Assembly (NCBI GenBank): GCA_013812515.1
Contig: JACCTI010000005.1
Location: 1-50,194 of the forward strand
Source of the DNA: Chthoniobacterales bacterium
Lineage (GTDB): Bacteria; Verrucomicrobiota; Verrucomicrobiia; Chthoniobacterales; UBA10450
DNA length: 50,194 nucleotides
Direction: 5' to 3'
The stretch's first letter is position 1. Each line of letters starts with the position of its first letter. The notes beneath the pieces were generated by a model, which had not been told where the DNA came from, searched no databases, and was given only the letters and a program-made list of their open reading frames with translations. Of this stretch, positions 45,001 through 50,194 are shown one piece after another. The translations under genes were made by a program, and so were the position numbers.

Positions 45001-46099
45001 ATTTTTCGAAGGTGAAACGCGGCACTTTCACCACGCAGTAGTCAATCGTCGGCTCGAAGCTCGCCGGCGTTTCGCGCGTGATGTCGTTGCGGATCTCATC
45101 CAGCGTGTAGCCGACCGCCAGCTTCGCGGCGATTTTCGCAATCGGAAATCCAGTCGCTTTTGACGCCAGTGCCGATGATCGCGAGACGCGCGGGTTCATT
45201 TCGATGACTACCATCCGGCCATTCTCCGGGTTCACGGCAAACTGGATGTTTGACCCGCCGGTCTCGACGCCGATCTCACGGATCACCGCGAACGACGCGT
45301 CCCGCATGAGCTGAAACTCGCGATCGGAGAGCGTCTGCGTCGGCGCGACCGTGATCGAGTCGCCGGTGTGCACGCCCATCGGATCGAGGTTCTCGATCGA
45401 GCAAACGACCACGCAATTGTCGGCGCAGTCGCGCATCACCTCCATTTCGAATTCCTTCCAACCGACGAGCGATTCTTCGATCAACACTTCATCGACCGGT
45501 GACAGGTTCAGGCCACGCGCGACGATCTCATCGAGCTCCTCACGGTTGTAAGCGATGCCACCGCCGGAGCCACCGAGGGTAAACGCCGGCCGAATGATGA
45601 GGGGAAAAGCGCCGATCTCATCGGCGATGCGACTCGCATCCTGCAAGGAATGGGCGATCCCGGAACGGGGAACATCGAGCCCGATCCGCAGCATCGCTTC
45701 CTTGAAGAGGTGGCGATCTTCGCCCTTTGCGATCGCCTGCGCGTTCGCGCCGATCAACTTCACGCCCTGCCGGCTGAGCGCGCCGTTGCGATTCAATTCC
45801 ATGGCGGCGTTGAGCGCGGTTTGTCCGCCCATCGTGGGCAGGATCGCATCCGGCTTTTCGCGTTCCAGAATCGCCTCGATCACCTCTGGCGTGATCGGTT
45901 CGATGTAGGTGCGATCCGCGAACTCCGGATCGGTCATGATCGTGGCCGGATTCGAGTTTACGAGCACGACCTCGTAGCCTTCTTCCTTGAGCGCTTTGCA
46001 CGCTTGCACGCCGGAATAATCGAACTCGCAGCCCTGCCCAATGACGATGGGCCCGGAGCCAATCAGGAGGATTTTTCGAAGCTCGTTATTCCGCGGCAT
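42062..46099 (-). CDS. carB: carbamoyl-phosphate synthase large subunit carrying an in-frame ~250-aa insertion (1345 aa in total)
   Basis: Both ATP-grasp halves ([21 protein letters not shown]...; [23 protein letters not shown]...) and the C-terminal MGS-like domain are intact and collinear with E. coli CarB. The exception is the insert between ...EEAERLRSV and [14 protein letters not shown]. Confidence 0.9.
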   Translation of the reverse strand: MPRNNELRKILLIGSGPIVIGQGCEFDYSGVQACKALKEEGYEVVLVNSNPATIMTDPEFADRTYIEPITPEVIEAILEREKPDAILPTMGGQTALNAAMELNRNGALSRQGVKLIGANAQAIAKGEDRHLFKEAMLRIGLDVPRSGIAHSLQDASRIADEIGAFPLIIRPAFTLGGSGGGIAYNREELDEIVARGLNLSPVDEVLIEESLVGWKEFEMEVMRDCADNCVVVCSIENLDPMGVHTGDSITVAPTQTLSDREFQLMRDASFAVIREIGVETGGSNIQFAVNPENGRMVVIEMNPRVSRSSALASKATGFPIAKIAAKLAVGYTLDEIRNDITRETPASFEPTIDYCVVKVPRFTFEKFPQADATLTTQMKSVGEAMAIGRTFKEALQKALRSLEIKRFGLCGDGNEKRVDPETLRVRLTVPNAERIFHVAQAFQDGMSIDEVFDATKIDRWFLHNIRQIVEEAERLRSVATADAKARSTADAPVQPADISPERKSGFQPDSGDRLPACCFQPFNPHGEIKQTRRNLPHWEQQGATYFVTFRLNDSVAANVLQRWREEREQWLQHHPPPWDWQATRAYIRLCEESREEWLDQGHGSCLLREPGAARIVANALRHFDSERYLLDSFVVMPNHVHAIAKPLGASALSDILHSWKSYSANEINRVLHQAGTFWMEESFDTIVRDASHLAVCREYVARNPVKAGLKAGEFVLESRGAVRDGAELSRQAGSPLAESGWKPDLQTIRRAKKLGFSDRQLAVAWNMSDEQVRALRKDLGVLPTYRLVDTCAAEFEAYTPYYYSTYGSENEMRRTDRRKIMILGGGPNRIGQGIEFDYCCVHAAFALRELGFETIMVNSNPETVSTDYDTSDKLYFEPLTLEDVLNIYDQEQPEGVIVQFGGQTPLNLAAGLRAANVPIVGTQPESIEKAEDRRLFAAMLDKLGLRQTPSGSALDAEEALAIADRIGYPVLVRPSFVLGGRAMELIYNDHDLRRYMENAVEVSADRPVLVDRFLEDAIEVDVDCIADGEIAVLGAIMEHVQLAGIHSGDSACAIPTFSLSRHVLDEISAATKAMARELEVRGLMNVQFAVKDEDVYVLEVNPRASRTAPFVSKAIGVPLAKLAAKVMAGKTLSELGFTKEVVPKHFSVKAPVFPFLRYQGSDTALGPEMKSTGEVMGIDVDLGRAYAKAQMAAPPPLPKSGNIFISVKDADKARVVPLARDFTALGFGIIATSGTAATLAAAGVPVTRVFKLREGRPHVLDRITNGDVQLIINTPSGKIPREDELKMRSGARSNKIPIITTMRAAHASVTGIRALQSHGVSVKSLQEYHAMEREQKETPNVECQV
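43868..44591 (-). mobile_element. REP-hairpin-flanked IS200-like Y1/HUH (RAYT-type) transposase module, inserted in frame within carB
   Basis: [20 protein letters not shown], the HUH motif [10 protein letters not shown] (His codons 44183-44185 and 44177-44179), and [13 protein letters not shown] (Tyr codon 44003-44005). An identical 19-nt hairpin GTCAGGC-TTCCA-GCCTGAC sits at 43868-43886, with its inverted copy at 44573-44591. Second hairpins lie at 43894-43910 and 44549-44565. Confidence 0.75.
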
Positions 46100-46142
46100 C
46101 TGCGCAGCGGGAGCGTAGACGAAATTATTTCGCCGTCACTCG

Positions 46143-47066
46143 TTAAACCGCGAGCCCGACACGCTCCAGCCAGGGCGTGATCCACCATGCGATCGCTTCC
46201 TCGTCCCGGCGCGGTGGCACACTCGCGCCTTCGAAGAGATCCCAGTGCTCGGTGTGTTGTGTCGACGCGCCTGGCGCGAGCTCCACCAGCGGTCCGAGCG
46301 CTTCCACCTCGAGCATCTCCTCGTTCGTGAAAGTCTCGAAGTTGCAGCCGAAATCGGGATACGTTGCGTCTTCGCGGAACTCGATCGTCTTCAGAAAAAG
46401 TGAGTCCTCGCGATGGTAAGCAATCCATCGTTCGCGATGCGCCAAACCGATCTTTGTCGGCCCTGCATCTCCCTGGCGCAAAGTGATGAAACGTTCTCCC
46501 CAGCGCCACCGTGGGTCGGTCATATGGGTGAATGGCCACAGGACGAGGGAGCGATTCGGGAGCAAATAGCGTGGATGTTCCCCGCGCGGCGGAAGTGGAA
46601 TGATTTCGCATCCGCCGGGCACCATCACGCTCAGCCCCCAGGTCGCGACCGGCATCGGTTTGTCACCGCAGTTTTCCGCGCGATGAGTCACGCTCACGCG
46701 GGACGAGACACGATCAAGCGTCACCGTCAGTATTTTCCGGATCGGCAACTGCTCGGCCGGCGGGGTGATCGTCTCGACTTCATGATCCGAGATGATGCGG
46801 TGTGCGACTGGGCTGTTATCCGGCAAATAGCTGAGCACCGGATGCTCCGGCGCGAGCCAGAAACGATGGCCGCCGCGCGACATCCATTCGCGTTCGCCAG
46901 TCTGGCCAAGCTGCGCGCTGAAAGTCTTGAAGACGTTTGTGCAATCCGCGGTGCGATACGAGATCACCCGCGGCCCCACATCAAGTGTGATGATTAGCTC
47001 CGTCCGACCGTTCTCGATTCGAACATTGTTTTCCCAACCGCCGAAGCTGACGTGATCGACAGCCAC
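46143..47066 (-). CDS. hypothetical protein, possibly with a mutarotase-like beta-sandwich (DUF4380-like); function unknown
   Basis: 307-aa ATG ORF with good coding character, 43 nt upstream of carB. The family call is only a weak recollection. Confidence 0.55.
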   Translation of the reverse strand: MAVDHVSFGGWENNVRIENGRTELIITLDVGPRVISYRTADCTNVFKTFSAQLGQTGEREWMSRGGHRFWLAPEHPVLSYLPDNSPVAHRIISDHEVETITPPAEQLPIRKILTVTLDRVSSRVSVTHRAENCGDKPMPVATWGLSVMVPGGCEIIPLPPRGEHPRYLLPNRSLVLWPFTHMTDPRWRWGERFITLRQGDAGPTKIGLAHRERWIAYHREDSLFLKTIEFREDATYPDFGCNFETFTNEEMLEVEALGPLVELAPGASTQHTEHWDLFEGASVPPRRDEEAIAWWITPWLERVGLAV

Positions 47067-47070
47067 GCTC

Positions 47071-47535
47071 TCAAGCTGCCGAAGCCATTTTGCGTTCGCG
47101 ATGAAGGTAAACCTTACAGATACCTTTCATCCGCGTGAGGATGTAATAGGTCGTCTGACTGCGGACGCGCACCAGCTCCGCTCCCACAATCCGCGTCACA
47201 AAATCGCTCGGCAGTTCAAGGATTTCCTGCGGCGTTGCTCCCTCGAGGCCTTTGCAGAGGATGGCGGTCATGGCGCGAGTGAGCGTTTGCACTTCCGGGC
47301 CGAGGGTCATGCGGAAGTGCGCCTTCCCGTTCTCATCCACATGCAGATAAACGCCCACGGTGTCAGCGCATTCTTCGTCTTTCCGCACGTCCTCCAGTTG
47401 GAACTGCTCGCCGGTCCGCGGCTCCTGTTTCTTCGCGCTGTCCGCGTAAGAAACCAGCGTCTCTCGTCGCTCCACTTCCGGCAGCATTTCGAAGAGATGG
47501 ATGATCTTGTCGAGCTTCGGCGGGTACATCTTCAA
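47071..47535 (-). CDS. SufE-family sulfur acceptor protein
   Basis: SufE-like layout with a conserved Cys in DEECADTVGVYL, and ...LCKGLEGATPQEIL...RSQTTYYILTRMK. Confidence 0.75.
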   Translation of the reverse strand: MKMYPPKLDKIIHLFEMLPEVERRETLVSYADSAKKQEPRTGEQFQLEDVRKDEECADTVGVYLHVDENGKAHFRMTLGPEVQTLTRAMTAILCKGLEGATPQEILELPSDFVTRIVGAELVRVRSQTTYYILTRMKGICKVYLHRERKMASAA

Positions 47536-47613
47536 CTCCTACTCATAATCCTGATCTTACTCTTGATCTCTTAAGCCCGATCGAGCAAGAGCAGGATCAA
47601 GACCAGGTAAACC

Positions 47614-48480
47614 TTATGCGCCCCGCTCGATCGGCGCGCCGACCTTGTTACCCCACTCCGTCCACGAACCGTCGTAATTGCGCACATTATCAAGTCCCAG
47701 CAGATACGTGAGCACAAACCAGGTGTGGCTGGAGCGTTCGCCGATCCGGCAGTAGACGATGGTTTCGTTGTCGGCACTGACACCACAGCCTTCCAGATAA
47801 ATCTTCGCCAGTTCCGACGCGGACTTGAAGGTGTTGTCCTCGTTTGTCGCCGTCTTCCATGGAACGCTTTTCGCGCCCGGAATGTGTCCGCCGCGCAGAA
47901 CGCCTTCCTGCGGATATTCAGGCATGTGAGTGACGTCGCCCTTGAACTCACCGGGCGAACGCACGTCGATCAGGGGCTTTCCATTTCTACTTTGCGCGAG
48001 CGCTTCGTCCGCAAATGCGCGCACCTCTTTGTCGTAACGTTTCTCCGGTACCGGGTATTCCGTCGCCGGATATTTCGGTACGTCGCGCGTCATGCTGCGG
48101 CCGTCGGCTTTCCATTTATCGCGGCCGCCGTTCAGGATCTTGACGTTCTTGTGGCCGAACAATCGAAATGCCCAGAGCGCGTAACAGGCCCACCAATTCG
48201 CCTTGTCGCCGTAAAAAATGCAAGTGGTCTCAGGCGTAATGCCATTCCGGCGGCAAAGCTCGGCAAATTTTTGGGGCGCGATGTAGTCGCGAATTACTGG
48301 GTCCTGTAGATCGGTCCGCCAATCGATGTGGACCGCGCCCGGGATGTGCCCGGTATCGTAGAGAAGGATGTCTTCGTTCGACTCGACGATCCGGACATTG
48401 TTGTCCTTGGAATGTTGCTCGAGCCAGTCAGCGTCCACTAATGCATCGGGATGGGCGTAGGAAGCAGGTTGCGTAGCCAT
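47614..48480 (-). CDS. thiosulfate/3-mercaptopyruvate sulfurtransferase (tandem rhodanese domains)
   Basis: Active-site loop [12 protein letters not shown] in the second rhodanese domain. N-terminal LVDADWL and [11 protein letters not shown]. Start at the ATG at 48480. Confidence 0.88.
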   Translation of the reverse strand: MATQPASYAHPDALVDADWLEQHSKDNNVRIVESNEDILLYDTGHIPGAVHIDWRTDLQDPVIRDYIAPQKFAELCRRNGITPETTCIFYGDKANWWACYALWAFRLFGHKNVKILNGGRDKWKADGRSMTRDVPKYPATEYPVPEKRYDKEVRAFADEALAQSRNGKPLIDVRSPGEFKGDVTHMPEYPQEGVLRGGHIPGAKSVPWKTATNEDNTFKSASELAKIYLEGCGVSADNETIVYCRIGERSSHTWFVLTYLLGLDNVRNYDGSWTEWGNKVGAPIERGA

Positions 48481-48638
48481 GCGGCTACCTTCAATTCCAC
48501 GCAACGCTGCGGCAAGATGATTTCGATCGGGTCAGCGACGGCTATTCTGTAACTTTGTGCTTCTGTTCCGCGGCAGTTCCAGACATACCTCAGCGCGGTC
48601 CGCGGCGGCAGCGAGATGGGGCGGCAACCAAAGTTTAA

Positions 48639-50003
<1,365 letters not shown>

Positions 50004-50035
50004 CACCCGCTCCTCTGTTTCTCAGCCACCGATTA

Positions 50036-50106
50036 ACACGGATGAAACACGGATGAAACACGGATGTCGGAACGTAGACGCCGTATGAATCCGTGTCTCG
50101 TCCGTG
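50036..50106 (+). repeat. 11-nt tandem repeat (ACACGGATGAA x2.8) plus inverted partial copies, forming a hairpin just downstream of gdhA
   Basis: Units at 50036-50046, 50047-50057 and 50058-50066. ATCCGTGT at 50089-50096 is complementary to ACACGGAT. A further TCCGTG is at 50101-50106. Confidence 0.5.
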
Positions 50107-50194
50107 GCAAAATCCTTCTTCTCTTCGTCCCGACGAACACGAACTGAACGAGCATGACGCCCGATCCCTATTTCTTCCTCATCATCTTCGTCGT

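Noticed and set aside
50036-50066. A possible CRISPR array (also considered for the tandem units at 41918-41953).
   Set aside because: The repeat units are only 11-14 nt and directly abutting, with no spacers. No cas genes are in the window.

Overview
High-GC (about 60%) bacterial chromosomal segment. From gene content, a VPDSG-CTERM-type sorting signal and many short palindromic repeats, it is probably from a soil Verrucomicrobiota-like organism (inference only). Most of the window is housekeeping: AI-2E transporter, polX, priA, a NitT/TauT-type ABC transporter, lipid kinase-rfaE2-purN, mnmG-plsY-gpsA, a YitJ-like homocysteine methyltransferase/MTHFR fusion, thiG, sodC, aguB, cyclophilin, carB, SufE plus rhodanese, and gdhA. 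No rRNA, tRNA or CRISPR array was recognised by eye.

Main findings:
1. carB is a continuous 1345-aa ORF, about 250 aa longer than usual. An IS200-like Y1/HUH (RAYT-type) transposase module sits in frame in the linker between the two synthetase halves. It is bracketed by inverted REP-like hairpin doublets and has no start or stop codon of its own.
2. A 1.6-kb insert carrying two tandem VPDSG-CTERM paralogues is flanked by two diverged 110-nt copies of the priA 3' end. Both copies still encode nearly the same peptide, which looks like an integration scar.
3. At least five families of short palindromic or MITE-like repeats are present. Several overlap the first or last codons of genes.
4. There is a split ArgZ/AgrE-like pair (LOR/SDH TIGR00300 gene plus a guanidino-modifying enzyme gene).
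5. mnmG is a low-GC block.
6. Three genes are interrupted by frameshifts.

All family assignments come from motifs read by eye. No database search was possible.
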